Positions 37,014-46,799 are shown, counted from the first letter of the stretch. The stretch: DNA of 64,000 nucleotides from a virus (IMGVR_UViG_3300023275_000004:32001-96000); one strand, 5' to 3'. Numbers and translations are program-made. The notes: generated from the sequence alone by a model not told the origin.

Positions 37014-37370
37014 TTAGTCTTCGTCAGTACTTCCCTCGTCCTTGAAAGTTATGAGCATCCACTCGTGCTCTAACCCCTCTACTGCCTCAGGCTCTTCATA
37101 CTGAGCCCTGAATGAGTAGCCCGCAGCCTCAGCCATACGAATAACCATCTCAGTGTTAGAGACATAGACAGGAACTTCAAACTCATGAACTCCTCCATGA
37201 AGGAGCTGCCAAATCATTCCTACCTGTACGCCCCTAGCAAACTCTGGACTATCCGTGTCGTACTGAAGCATCATGTACGGCTGATCACCAGTATCATCCC
37301 AAATACCTCCACTCGGAGCTTCTTGGGAGTTATTTCCAGGCTCAAGAAAATTTTCATCTAGCATTAGCAT
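37014..37370 (-). CDS. Hypothetical protein
   Basis: AAGGA RBS; start approximate. Confidence 0.6.
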   Translation of the reverse strand: MLMLDENFLEPGNNSQEAPSGGIWDDTGDQPYMMLQYDTDSPEFARGVQVGMIWQLLHGGVHEFEVPVYVSNTEMVIRMAEAAGYSFRAQYEEPEAVEGLEHEWMLITFKDEGSTDED

Positions 37371-38058
37371 CCTTAAATGGTATTGGCAGTGACTCCCATA
37401 CGAAGTAAATGGTATCTCCAGAATCAAGAACTCTTACCATCTCTTTAGAGAGACTGAAATTACTAGCAAAGGCAGTCTCCTCAGCTTTACGTTGAATAGT
37501 TTCCTTGGATAGGCCCGTAGCTAGAACTAATGGCAGGGACATACGAAGTGTTGGGGTACCCCCAAACTCTGAGGCTGGAAGCCACTTAAATACAATTTTA
37601 TGCCCGTGTTCTTCCAACAGCTTTTCATCCCTCAAAGCTATTTCATTCATTGAACTGGAAGCATCTTTATCAGTAGCAGAGTAGTCACGCATAATTTTTC
37701 CTGCGCCAACATAGACTGACACTGGAGCGGTAATTAGTCCACCAGTTGCATACTTAGTCTGCTCGGCCTTCTGCTGCTCAGAAACTTCTCTTCCTAGAGC
37801 ACCGTAGCCAGAAATATCAATCCAGCTATCTGCCTTGTCAGGAGTCTGAACGAGACGGCTAAGTTTAGTAACTATTTGTATAACTGGTAAATCGTGAGGA
37901 GTAAGTAAACGTCCACCAGGACCGCGATATCCAAGCGCGTTAAGTGCCTCAACAACTTTCGTAAAATTATCAATTGGTTCGCCGTACTCTGTGTTTCTAT
38001 CATTAGACACTAGGCGCTTGGCCTCGTCCAAGGCTTGATCTCTTAGGCTGTCAGTCAA
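37354..38058 (-). CDS. DUF6378-like protein (putative nucleotide hydrolase fold)
   Basis: DRNTEYG.P..NF, K.SR, DSWIDISGY. Confidence 0.7.
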   Translation of the reverse strand: MTDSLRDQALDEAKRLVSNDRNTEYGEPIDNFTKVVEALNALGYRGPGGRLLTPHDLPVIQIVTKLSRLVQTPDKADSWIDISGYGALGREVSEQQKAEQTKYATGGLITAPVSVYVGAGKIMRDYSATDKDASSSMNEIALRDEKLLEEHGHKIVFKWLPASEFGGTPTLRMSLPLVLATGLSKETIQRKAEETAFASNFSLSKEMVRVLDSGDTIYFVWESLPIPFKDANAR

Positions 38059-38060
38059 TT

Positions 38061-39005
38061 TTAACTCCTCGAAATAGTCTGATTACATGTTGGGCATTTT
38101 CCTAGCTCTTGAAGCCTAGTATGCAACTGATCGTGACTTTCTTTTTCTAGCAAACTAGCCTGCTCTAGCGCTTCGTTAGCCTCCTTCTCCGCTTTCAACG
38201 CCTTTGCCCAAGCAACTACTGAATTCTTAAACTTCACATAATCTAATTGTAGCGCTTCAAGTTCGTCCAAAGAAGGTAGCTCAGGAAGCTCTACCAGAGA
38301 CGCCAGCACGCCCTCTGAGTCGATCAGAGACGAGAGAACGCTCCGGAGCTGTCGCTGCCTAGCCTGAAGCTCGGTAGCTTCCTCTAGCGCCTTCTCAGCC
38401 TCTTCTAGAGCCTTTTTACGGGCGGCTAACTGAGCAAACTTTTTAGCTTCTTCCTTCAACTGATTTAAGTCAGCTTGTCTGGTTTTCAACAAAGAGTTAA
38501 TAGCTAGCTTTTTCTTATTGGCTACTCGAACAGCCTCAAAAATTGAAGAGACGTTAGTAAGATCTCCGAGCACCTTTGCTACCTGCGAAGCAGACTCTCC
38601 GAGCAAGTAAGGCTTATCAAACTGCCCAGCAAAATTTATACTGGCTTCCGTTGTGGTTACCGGCTGAATATTAAGAGTCTCAGTTACTCCCTCAGGAACC
38701 TTCTGAGCCAGCTTAGTGAAAGGCTTCTCTTCTCCAGTAGAGCGATCCACAACGATATATTTCCCAGTCGTAGCCGTCTTCTTCAGAGTAATTATATCAT
38801 TCTCGATATATAACGAAATAGCTAAAGACTTTTCACCAGAAGTTATAACCGATGATCCTCTAATATTGGAAGCCAGCCCCCGCATAGCTCTAAGAAACGC
38901 TGACTTACCTGAACTAGAGGGACCAACGATTACCGTGAATTTCCCTAGCTCAAGATCCAGCTTCTTTAGACTCTGGAAGTTCTGGATCACTACACGTTCT
39001 AACAT
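38061..39005 (-). CDS. SbcC/Rad50-like ATPase, N-terminal half with Zn hook
   Basis: IQNFQS, Walker A GPSSSGKS, Q-loop, coiled coil, terminal CPTC. Confidence 0.88.
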   Translation of the reverse strand: MLERVVIQNFQSLKKLDLELGKFTVIVGPSSSGKSAFLRAMRGLASNIRGSSVITSGEKSLAISLYIENDIITLKKTATTGKYIVVDRSTGEEKPFTKLAQKVPEGVTETLNIQPVTTTEASINFAGQFDKPYLLGESASQVAKVLGDLTNVSSIFEAVRVANKKKLAINSLLKTRQADLNQLKEEAKKFAQLAARKKALEEAEKALEEATELQARQRQLRSVLSSLIDSEGVLASLVELPELPSLDELEALQLDYVKFKNSVVAWAKALKAEKEANEALEQASLLEKESHDQLHTRLQELGKCPTCNQTISRS

Positions 39006-39288
39006 GAAATCTCCTGGAAATAAATTTAAGCTAGTAGGATCTCTCCTACTAGCTTAACATTCAACTATGTGCTGAACCTACTTACGATCAGGCATCTTCC
39101 TCTGCGTACTGAGTAAAGTCTCCCAGATCCGCTACGTTGCCCCTACCAGCGTCATCCAATGCCTTAGCGAGCTTCACTCGAAGTTCTGCCTCCTGACGCT
39201 TCTGCTCACGAACCTTTCGAGCTGCGCCCTTACCCATCTTACCTACGAATCGATTTGCCATGTCAGCTCCTTAGTTAGTTTCCTGAAA

Positions 39289-39522
39289 TCACGTGTTGAG
39301 AGATCCACCGAACTGCTTCACAAAGACTGCTGGTCGCATATGCTTGGCAATCTCAATTTCTCGAAAATCATTACAGCGCCTACAGAAAATAAAATCTCCC
39401 TTAAAGCACTGGATCTCGAAGAGTGTGATATGCCCACACGTCCCTTTAGCCACCCAGTAGACTACTTCTTTACCATTAGTATCTAACTTGGTGTACTTGG
39501 GGAGTAACGTCTTGCTTGCCAT
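39289..39522 (-). CDS. Small Zn-ribbon protein
   Basis: CGH...CRRC. Confidence 0.6.
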   Translation of the reverse strand: MASKTLLPKYTKLDTNGKEVVYWVAKGTCGHITLFEIQCFKGDFIFCRRCNDFREIEIAKHMRPAVFVKQFGGSLNT

Positions 39523-39571
39523 ATGTTCTTCTCTCCTAGTTTAGCATGTGTGTAACTGAGTTTCTAGTGTT

Positions 39572-39763
39572 TTACCAACCTTTTCGCATGGCCGATGCCG
39601 CTAAGGTGTTCAAGATATTTTCTCTCATCCTAGCGTGAAGTCGAAGCCTTCTCTTAGCGTCAGCAACCGTATTCTGGTCTGCCTCAATTACAGAGTCTAG
39701 GCTTTCTAATTCTTCTGCCAACTCTTCCGCTGTCATACCTTCAAGCGACTTAGCCATAACCAT
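39572..39763 (-). CDS. Small coiled-coil protein
   Basis: AGGAG RBS and promoter. Confidence 0.6.
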   Translation of the reverse strand: MVMAKSLEGMTAEELAEELESLDSVIEADQNTVADAKRRLRLHARMRENILNTLAASAMRKGW

Positions 39764-39918
39764 TCTCCTGTCGGAAGTTGTTCCGTAAGAAGATCATATA
39801 CTTCTGTAAGTTGAGTTGTCAACTACCCGACCCTCTTACGTCTGACATATGAGAAATCGGTTGAGACGGAAGGAGGGCCTCCCTAATCTCGGAAGACCCT
39901 CCTTCTTAAATTTTTATT

Positions 39919-40791
39919 TCAGCCGATCGTAGTTCCGACTCGTCGCTGAGTGTGCTTACGAGCAACACGACGCCAACGCGCACGGCAGCGTTTCTTAGCT
40001 GACTTACTAGGTCCGTGGTCGCAATACTCATGATCGATGTTGCCCGTAGCCGTAAGTACCGGCTTATCGTTCGGGTCCATGTCAATCAGATTATCCATAA
40101 GGCTAGCAAAGTCATCAACATCACTAGGAGCCATAGCACCGCGACGAAGGGAAGCCATAATGGCATCACCCTCAATATAGTCGGAGTATCGACCCAGACC
40201 TAGCTCCGAACCGTCACCGTCTTCCCACCAAGTCTCATTGGTGCCCTCAGCGTCTGCCCACCAGGGCTGCCTGCGCCCCGCAGGAGTGTAATCGTCACCG
40301 TACCGGCGCGTTCCTGCCTTACGGCCCTTGCCCTTCTTGACAGAAAAGGCTCCGGTCCCAGGATAGGTAGAGCCGTACTTGCCCACCGAACCAGAGATGC
40401 CAGTACTGGAAGTCCAGTAAGAATCTTGGTGATCTGGAGTCGAAAGCTGTGAGAAGACCGTTGCCCAAATGGAGTTATACAGAGAGTGAAGCTCGTTATC
40501 CTTGTACTTTGTCTCCGTAGTAGGCTTGAACTTCACGAAGTCAATATCCATCGTGATCTTGGCAAGAGCCTTGCCAAAAGCCTCGTGCGTGCAGTAGGCA
40601 CGGTACTCATAGTCAGTATTGGGGATAGCGATGATCTCTCCGAGGTCGTCTCCCATGTACTCCTTACGAAGAATCTCAAGATCCTTCCTACGGCGAGTAC
40701 GAATCTGGAGAGTACGGTCGTCACCCTCAGGAACAGTGCCCTCTGGACGGAGACTCGGCATCAGAATTCCAAAGCTCGTCATAACCCACAT
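39919..40791 (-). CDS. Phage hypothetical protein
   Basis: MW...G...R.R...DY.YR...ID...FK N-terminal pattern; own promoter and terminator. Confidence 0.75.
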   Translation of the reverse strand: MWVMTSFGILMPSLRPEGTVPEGDDRTLQIRTRRRKDLEILRKEYMGDDLGEIIAIPNTDYEYRAYCTHEAFGKALAKITMDIDFVKFKPTTETKYKDNELHSLYNSIWATVFSQLSTPDHQDSYWTSSTGISGSVGKYGSTYPGTGAFSVKKGKGRKAGTRRYGDDYTPAGRRQPWWADAEGTNETWWEDGDGSELGLGRYSDYIEGDAIMASLRRGAMAPSDVDDFASLMDNLIDMDPNDKPVLTATGNIDHEYCDHGPSKSAKKRCRARWRRVARKHTQRRVGTTIG

Positions 40792-40858
40792 TTAGTGCCT
40801 CCTCATGTTAAACGTTCTTCGCTTATGTGTCTTACTGTACACCTACTTGGAGAGACTG

Positions 40859-41083
40859 TCAAGTGCCTGTATCATCTCGAACATCTTTCCAAGAAAGCTT
40901 CACTGCTTGACCTAGCTTGTCTGGATAATCTATCACTATATCTGTCTCATGTCCAGCTAGCGCCAGATTGATTTTGATTTTGTCTCCTTGAGCGACAAAT
41001 TTTCTCAAAACCGCCGCTAATACCTGCTCAAGCAAAAGAGCCCGGTCTAAACCGGACTCCTCTACCGACTGCTCCTCAGTCAC
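40859..41083 (-). CDS. Hypothetical protein
   Basis: Coupled ORF. Confidence 0.55.
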   Translation of the reverse strand: MTEEQSVEESGLDRALLLEQVLAAVLRKFVAQGDKIKINLALAGHETDIVIDYPDKLGQAVKLSWKDVRDDTGT

Positions 41084-41535
41084 TTTTTTTCGCCCGCCTT
41101 AACCACATTCCAGATAATTTCTCCGAGAGTGTAGTCTCGGAGAATCCAATTAATTTTACGGTGGTTGAACTTGCTGTCAGGATACTTATCACAGTTGCAC
41201 ACAACATACCCACGAACAACAGTAACCATAGCACCATGACTTGCGAAAGTGCCTGCAAACTCTCCTACCGTATCCATCTCTGGAGTACTCATGACATCAA
41301 GTTTCAAGCCACACTTAGAAATGTGGCTACGAATTTCCTTGGAGTTGTGCCCATAACCGCCGTAGTACTCATACGTACCGCCCTTATCAATAAGGAACTT
41401 CCATACAGCTTCCTTGTAAGGAAGCATGTCGACACGCTTTTCAATGTGAGCGCCACCGTCAGCAGGCATTCCACACTCGTCACAAACCTCAGGAGCAAGC
41501 TCGAAGGGTTTGAACACAGTACAAGACTTAGACAT
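41080..41535 (-). CDS. Cys-rich hypothetical protein
   Basis: GAGGAGG RBS. Confidence 0.7.
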   Translation of the reverse strand: MSKSCTVFKPFELAPEVCDECGMPADGGAHIEKRVDMLPYKEAVWKFLIDKGGTYEYYGGYGHNSKEIRSHISKCGLKLDVMSTPEMDTVGEFAGTFASHGAMVTVVRGYVVCNCDKYPDSKFNHRKINWILRDYTLGEIIWNVVKAGEKK

Positions 41536-41567
41536 TCTACCCTCCTCGGGTTTATTTAAAGATTAAG

Positions 41568-41682
41568 TGCCTCGGCTAAGGAGTTGAACCCTGCAAACCG
41601 CTATCACAAGTTTCTAGAATCTTGTGCTTAAGCACCGGCCGGATACTTAAGACTAGCTGCTCTTCCATTGAGCTATCGAGGC
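41568..41682 (-). ncRNA. tRNA-like RNA with bifurcated anticodon domain
   Basis: Acceptor, D and T arms; GCTA/TAGC stem encloses two hairpins. Confidence 0.75.
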
Positions 41683-41772
41683 GTGCGAGGTAAATTTTCT
41701 CCGTGAACAGTAAGGAACTCTGCCTTAGCCACCCACAGTGCGTGGTCTACCTCGGGTATTTCTATTAAATCG

Positions 41773-41973
41773 TCACTTCATTGTAGCAAGACGAGCCAGG
41801 CCAATCAAGATCACAATCAAGCCCAAGATTAGAATTGGGTTGATCCTGAAGCCTTTACGAGCAGGCTTTGCCACCTTTGGCTTTTCCCACCTACGCCTAG
41901 TTGCGATCAGTGGTGAAGGTGGACGCCTGCCGTTAGGTGGCGGAACGTACCTACCGTCTTTCATAATTGGCAT
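41773..41973 (-). CDS. Small membrane protein
   Basis: Basic N-terminus, C-terminal TM; GGAGG RBS. Confidence 0.65.
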   Translation of the reverse strand: MPIMKDGRYVPPPNGRRPPSPLIATRRRWEKPKVAKPARKGFRINPILILGLIVILIGLARLATMK

Positions 41974-42081
41974 TTTTACCTCCGTTGTTTTCCTGATAGC
42001 TAAAGACTACACCCGTCTAGAAAAGATGTCAAGAGACAGAAACGCCCCGACCGAAGCCGGGGCGAACCTTAAAAACTTTGT

Positions 42082-42402
42082 TCAGGAAGTAGTTGTACGT
42101 GGAGTATGTGCCCAAACGGCAGTAGCAATGTCATTCTGTACTTGACTTGGCTCATCCTGCGCGTCAGCGTTGAACTGCAAGATAACTGACTTGATTGAGT
42201 CCATGTCTAGACTCAAGACAGTAACATCTTCCTGTAGAGAAGTCAGCATTGCGTACAGCTTCTCATAAACAGTGTTAAATACTGCCTCAAAGTTCCAATA
42301 GATATCAGTCTGGTTAGTACGCCAAGATGGAGCACGGAATACGTTGTCACGTGTGGCAGCAGTATCCCAGATTAGATTGGCATCTGTCTGTGTAATAGCC
42401 AT
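42082..42402 (-). CDS. Hypothetical protein with a lysin C-terminal-like motif
   Basis: DIATAVWAH compared with lysin DIAKAVWDI. Confidence 0.65.
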   Translation of the reverse strand: MAITQTDANLIWDTAATRDNVFRAPSWRTNQTDIYWNFEAVFNTVYEKLYAMLTSLQEDVTVLSLDMDSIKSVILQFNADAQDEPSQVQNDIATAVWAHTPRTTTS

Positions 42403-42491
42403 AAGCTACTCCTTGATAGTTAACCTTAGTCAAAGATTTGTCTCTGACCCACATTAAATATCGGATACTAGGAGGTGCTTTTGGACCTTTA

Positions 42492-42800
42492 TTACTCAGT
42501 TTTCATGTCAGTTGCAAGAATTGCACCTTGATCCCAAGACTCTTCGGTAAGGCTGATAAAATAACCCGTAAACCATCTTGCCTCATCAAGAGCCGCTGAT
42601 TGAAGCATCAGCATCCATCTCTTAAGGTTCTTATCATAATGCCAAGAAAGTCTGTTTGGTAACGAATCAGGGTCCTGTGAGACCTTCTCAGCTGCCTGTA
42701 TGAACAAGTTTAGCAACATGTCTTTCAATGCGTCTAAAGACATGAAGCCTTCGGTTGAATTTACTCTGAATGATGCTCTATACATCTTCTCTTTATCCAT
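42492..42800 (-). CDS. Hypothetical protein (start MDKEK)
   Basis: ATG directly after the tRNA-Cys 3' end. Confidence 0.55.
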   Translation of the reverse strand: MDKEKMYRASFRVNSTEGFMSLDALKDMLLNLFIQAAEKVSQDPDSLPNRLSWHYDKNLKRWMLMLQSAALDEARWFTGYFISLTEESWDQGAILATDMKTE

Positions 42801-42801
42801 G

Positions 42802-42883
42802 AGCACTTAGAGGGAATCGAACCCTTGACCGTAAGGACAGGTTTTGCAGACCTGCGGCAGCCCACCAGCTACCTGCTAAGCGC
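42802..42883 (-). tRNA. tRNA-Cys(GCA), possible 8/4 fold
   Basis: Loop CTGCAAA, U73, 6-bp D stem. Confidence 0.8.
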
Positions 42884-42920
42884 AAAAGGGATCACTATCT
42901 TGCAAGATAGGTTCCCTAAG

Positions 42921-42993
42921 AGCCCCCTGAAGGAATCGAACCCTCGTCTGCTGTTTACAAGACAGCGGCTCTGTGCCATTGAGCTAAGGGGGC
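42921..42993 (-). tRNA. tRNA-Thr(TGT)
   Basis: Loop CTTGTAA. Confidence 0.92.
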
Positions 42994-43044
42994 AAATAGT
43001 GGGATTTCTTAAAAAGGGACTACCAAGTACCCACTTCCCTACGG

Positions 43045-43115
43045 AGCGACTAGCCGGGATCGAACCGGCGACAAATGGTTGGAAACCACTTATGTTACCG
43101 CTACACCATAGTCGC
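43045..43115 (-). tRNA. tRNA-Gly(TCC)
   Basis: Loop TTTCCAA. Confidence 0.92.
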
Positions 43116-43125
43116 ATTACTTACG

Positions 43126-43198
43126 AGCGGTGAACCGGACTTGAACCGGCGACCTAGACGTTGGCAACGTCTCGCTCTACCAACTGAGCTACCACCGC
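43126..43198 (-). tRNA. tRNA-Gly(GCC)
   Basis: Loop TTGCCAA. Confidence 0.93.
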
Positions 43199-43204
43199 AA
43201 TTTC

Positions 43205-43525
43205 TTACAGTTGACTCTCAACTACGTTCTTAATACTACTCTTACTAGCTGCACCTGTCAACTCAATAACTCTCACACCCTGCTTGAAGACTGCAATAGT
43301 TGGAAGGCTCATAATCTTTTGAGTCAGTCCTGTCTGAACAGCCTCATCAACATTAACCTTCACTACCAGAACTTCGTCGCCCCACTCACCAGCTAGTTCT
43401 TCAACTACCGGAGAAATTTTACGGCATGGACCACACCAGTCAGCCCAAAAATCCACTACTACAGGAACCCGACTTTCAGAAACAACTTTCTCAAAGTCTT
43501 CGTCAGTCAACTCACGCAAACTCAT
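43205..43525 (-). CDS. trxA: Thioredoxin
   Basis: DFWADWCGPC. Confidence 0.93.
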   Translation of the reverse strand: MSLRELTDEDFEKVVSESRVPVVVDFWADWCGPCRKISPVVEELAGEWGDEVLVVKVNVDEAVQTGLTQKIMSLPTIAVFKQGVRVIELTGAASKSSIKNVVESQL

Positions 43526-43758
43526 TTAGAGTACCCTTCTGGCATTATTTTCTTAAATAACTCTTCAGCTTCTTTGTAAGGAACTGGCCTGCCATCGTAC
43601 AGAGTTTTTCTATCTGCTCTGATGAGGTTATCAGCAACCTGTATGTCGTTTTCTCTCGAAAACCAGTGAATAAGATTGCGAAGTAGTCCTGTGTTTGAAA
43701 TATGAGGATTTGTATTTTCGACTGGCTCTTCTACCCGAATAAGAAGATAGTGATGCAT
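43522..43758 (-). CDS. Hypothetical protein (start MHHYLL)
   Basis: Upstream part of the listed ORF overlaps tRNAs. Confidence 0.6.
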   Translation of the reverse strand: MHHYLLIRVEEPVENTNPHISNTGLLRNLIHWFSRENDIQVADNLIRADRKTLYDGRPVPYKEAEELFKKIMPEGYSK

Positions 43759-43783
43759 ATATACCCCCAACGTTATAAATACG

Positions 43784-43857
43784 CGCGGAAGACGGGACTC
43801 GAACCCGCGACTTCTACATTGACAATGTAGCGCTCTAACCGACTGAGCTACAACCGC
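43784..43857 (-). tRNA. tRNA-Asp(GTC)
   Basis: Loop TTGTCAA. Confidence 0.9.
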
Positions 43858-43952
43858 AAGGCCCAGCTCTACGAGAGATACTAGGCGGTATAAACTTTGG
43901 AGCCGGAGGCAAGGGCTTACTGTCATATCCCTTGATAAACAGACCTCCAACG

Positions 43953-44026
43953 CACGGATAAAGGGACTCGAACCCCCAACCTTCACGTTCGTAGCGTGAC
44001 GCTCTGTCCAATTGAGCTATACCCGT
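43953..44026 (-). tRNA. tRNA-Arg(ACG)
   Basis: Loop CTACGAA. Confidence 0.9.
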
Positions 44027-44117
44027 AAGTGTAAGCGATTCACTTCGGAACTAACCTGCGTTTCTCGCTTACAAGAAATACTCTACACCATCTCTTACTA
44101 TCTTGTCAACCCTAGCC

Positions 44118-46127
44118 TCAAGCTACCTTCTCAGCAGTGAAGTGTGAACCAATATCCAAGATCGCTGTACCTGATGCTCCACTTCTAGCCCATTTTACAG
44201 CAAACGTTCCAGCAGTGGTAACAGTGTAAATAAGTCGTTCCATTATCATTTCACCGTTAGTTCCGTTAGTTCCATAAACTAGAGCTGTGCCAGGACCGTA
44301 TCCGGAATTCATCAAAATTACCTTGTCAGCAGTTCCTGTTACGGCAGAAAGAGATGCGTTAGGACCAATATTAATTCTATTCAAAGTTGTTCCTGTTGGA
44401 ACAGTATAAGCTACCTGGAAATCACAGGTTACATCTGAAGCCGTATTGGTCTTGAATGCCAAAGCTACTTCAATTACCCACGTTCCCAAGCTTAACGTAG
44501 TTGTCAGCATATCATCATCTGACAAGGTTGTACTAGTTCTACCCGCGTGAGCGGATGTCCTCCACAAAGTAATTCTAGACCCTATGCCCGCTACTGACAA
44601 GTTTCCTGTCAGAGTAGCATTCGGAGCCGTAACTGTTCCTGTGAAGGTTGGACTCGCCAAAGGAGCTTTAAGATCCAACGCGGCCTGAGTCAGAGTAGAA
44701 ATAGGCTTTGCTGTATCCGCTGTATTATCAACGTTACCCAATCCTACCATACTCTTAGAGATACCTGCTACCGTACCTGTAAAGGTCGGAGAAGCAAGGT
44801 TAGCCTTAAGGTCTAAAGCAGTTTGCTGAGCTGTGCTTACTGGCTTAGCTGTGTCGGCAGTATTATCCACACTACCCAAGCCAACCATTGATTTAGTTAT
44901 TCCCGATACTGTACCAGAAAAGGTTGGTGACGCAAGATTAGCCTTCAAGTTCAAGGCTGTCTGCTGAGCAGTTGACACCGGCTTAGCTGTATCTGCCGTA
45001 TTGTCAACATTAGCTAGACCAACATCACTCTTAGTAAGAGCCAGATCAGATTTGAACTGAGTGACTGATCTGTTAGTCCAAACTCCCGCCTTACGCTGAA
45101 TAATATCATCGTTAGTTGGAGCAATAGCAGCAATTGCTGTCAAATCAGAATCTAGAGCTTGCTTACCATCTAAAGCAGTCTGGGTAGCCGTAGAAATAGG
45201 CTTAGCTGTATCAGCAGTGTTATCAACATTACCTAAACTGACATCGCTCTTGGTAAGTACAACATCACCTGTACGGCCCGCAACGCTACTTACTGCCCCT
45301 CCTCCACCACCAGTATTATCTGTTCCCCAAATAAGTCCTGTGGCCTGGGTGCTATCAGCCTTCAAGACAGAACCATTAGAGCCAACAGAAATTTTTGAAA
45401 CTGAGCCTGCGCCAGTAGCTACTAAAATATCTCCTTTAGCAGCAGCTACGGTTAGCGGAACATAAGTAGTGTCATGGTTGTGAGTAGTGGCTGACTTGCC
45501 ATTCAAGGCTGTCTGAGTAGCTGTAGAAATAGGCTTGTCTAGGTCCGCTGTATTGTCAACGTTAGCTAGACCCACCATGCTCTTCGTGATACCTGTAACG
45601 GTGCCTGTAAAGGCAGGAGAAGCCTTAGGAGCATAGCTTGACAGTGAGCTGGCTAGAGCATCATCTACAGCAGCATCAATAGCTGGTCCGGCTACATCTT
45701 CAATAGCTCCCGCTACAGCCTCGTTAAGATCGGCCTCACTAACATACCCTGCATGAGTGTGATTATAAGGTGCGTAAGAAATTCCTATTGATGCAGCTAC
45801 AGGAAGAATATCTGACAGTGAAATAGATCCACCTGGAGCATTGTAAGGAATTCTAATACTAAAGGTACTGACACTCTCAGAGAGATTTACGCTTACCTTG
45901 TAAGTCCAGTCAACCGGAGTCCAAGCTGGGTCATCCGTAGCGGGCACTTGAATAGTGAAGTGCCCTGCTCCGTTTAGCTCAGCAGAAATTTCGCTAGGTG
46001 CCATGATGTCTGAGCTGCTGTTATGTTGAACAAACTGCTTAGACCTAAAAATTATCGTGCCGCTTTCGGGCGTACCATCCAGCTTTAAGTACGTCCCTAC
46101 TACGGTAATCAGTGTTGGAAGTGCCAT
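44118..46127 (-). CDS. Tail fibre / virion fibre protein
   Basis: Repeats of TKSMVGLGNVDNTADTAKPVSTAQQTALDLKANLASPTFTGTV; adaptor-like N-domain. Confidence 0.8.
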   Translation of the reverse strand: MALPTLITVVGTYLKLDGTPESGTIIFRSKQFVQHNSSSDIMAPSEISAELNGAGHFTIQVPATDDPAWTPVDWTYKVSVNLSESVSTFSIRIPYNAPGGSISLSDILPVAASIGISYAPYNHTHAGYVSEADLNEAVAGAIEDVAGPAIDAAVDDALASSLSSYAPKASPAFTGTVTGITKSMVGLANVDNTADLDKPISTATQTALNGKSATTHNHDTTYVPLTVAAAKGDILVATGAGSVSKISVGSNGSVLKADSTQATGLIWGTDNTGGGGGAVSSVAGRTGDVVLTKSDVSLGNVDNTADTAKPISTATQTALDGKQALDSDLTAIAAIAPTNDDIIQRKAGVWTNRSVTQFKSDLALTKSDVGLANVDNTADTAKPVSTAQQTALNLKANLASPTFSGTVSGITKSMVGLGSVDNTADTAKPVSTAQQTALDLKANLASPTFTGTVAGISKSMVGLGNVDNTADTAKPISTLTQAALDLKAPLASPTFTGTVTAPNATLTGNLSVAGIGSRITLWRTSAHAGRTSTTLSDDDMLTTTLSLGTWVIEVALAFKTNTASDVTCDFQVAYTVPTGTTLNRINIGPNASLSAVTGTADKVILMNSGYGPGTALVYGTNGTNGEMIMERLIYTVTTAGTFAVKWARSGASGTAILDIGSHFTAEKVA

Positions 46128-46175
46128 GCTAGATTCCTACCTGTCTCCGGGAACTTGAGTCCTTCTTATTACTGG

Positions 46176-46799
46176 TCAAACAACTGAGTCAATTATGGCA
46201 GGAACCTCCGAAGTACCATTCCAAACCGAGATATTACCAACCGGAAGTTCAGCAGAACCATTCCATACACTAACAAGTTGACCAGAACTCTCTGGTATAA
46301 AATCAATGTCCAGGAAATATCCTCCAGAATTATATTGATCCGTTGGCATTATAGGAGTTACCAATCCAACAGACTGATTATAATCATGAAAGCGACCAGC
46401 TTGCGCAATAGCTGTAATGTGTCCGTTAGTATAGTTTACTGGAAAATAACCCGGAGAAGCTGTATACCTATCAGTTACTACAGAGAAAATATAGTCTTCG
46501 TCAGCATTAATGTTCCATCCTGTAACTGCATAGTGATTCCATTCACCTAAGAATAAATCATCAAACTGAGCTGTTGCAATAACAGTAGAAGTAGCTACTC
46601 GCCATAACTGAGCTTTAATAGGAATAACATCATGATTTAATGTACCTGGATAATTATTGGGCATACGCCAATGTACCTGAGGTATACTCCCTGCAACATC
46701 AGAACGAAACCGTGTTCCTATACAATAAGTTGTATTATCCGAGGCGTCATCTGATACTGGCTGGTCAGCGCCAAAAATTAACCCGCCTACATTAGCCAT
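46176..46799 (-). CDS. DUF4082-like beta-sandwich protein
   Basis: GTRFRSDVAG, QLW, GEWN, Y..DI.F. Confidence 0.7.
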   Translation of the reverse strand: MANVGGLIFGADQPVSDDASDNTTYCIGTRFRSDVAGSIPQVHWRMPNNYPGTLNHDVIPIKAQLWRVATSTVIATAQFDDLFLGEWNHYAVTGWNINADEDYIFSVVTDRYTASPGYFPVNYTNGHITAIAQAGRFHDYNQSVGLVTPIMPTDQYNSGGYFLDIDFIPESSGQLVSVWNGSAELPVGNISVWNGTSEVPAIIDSVV

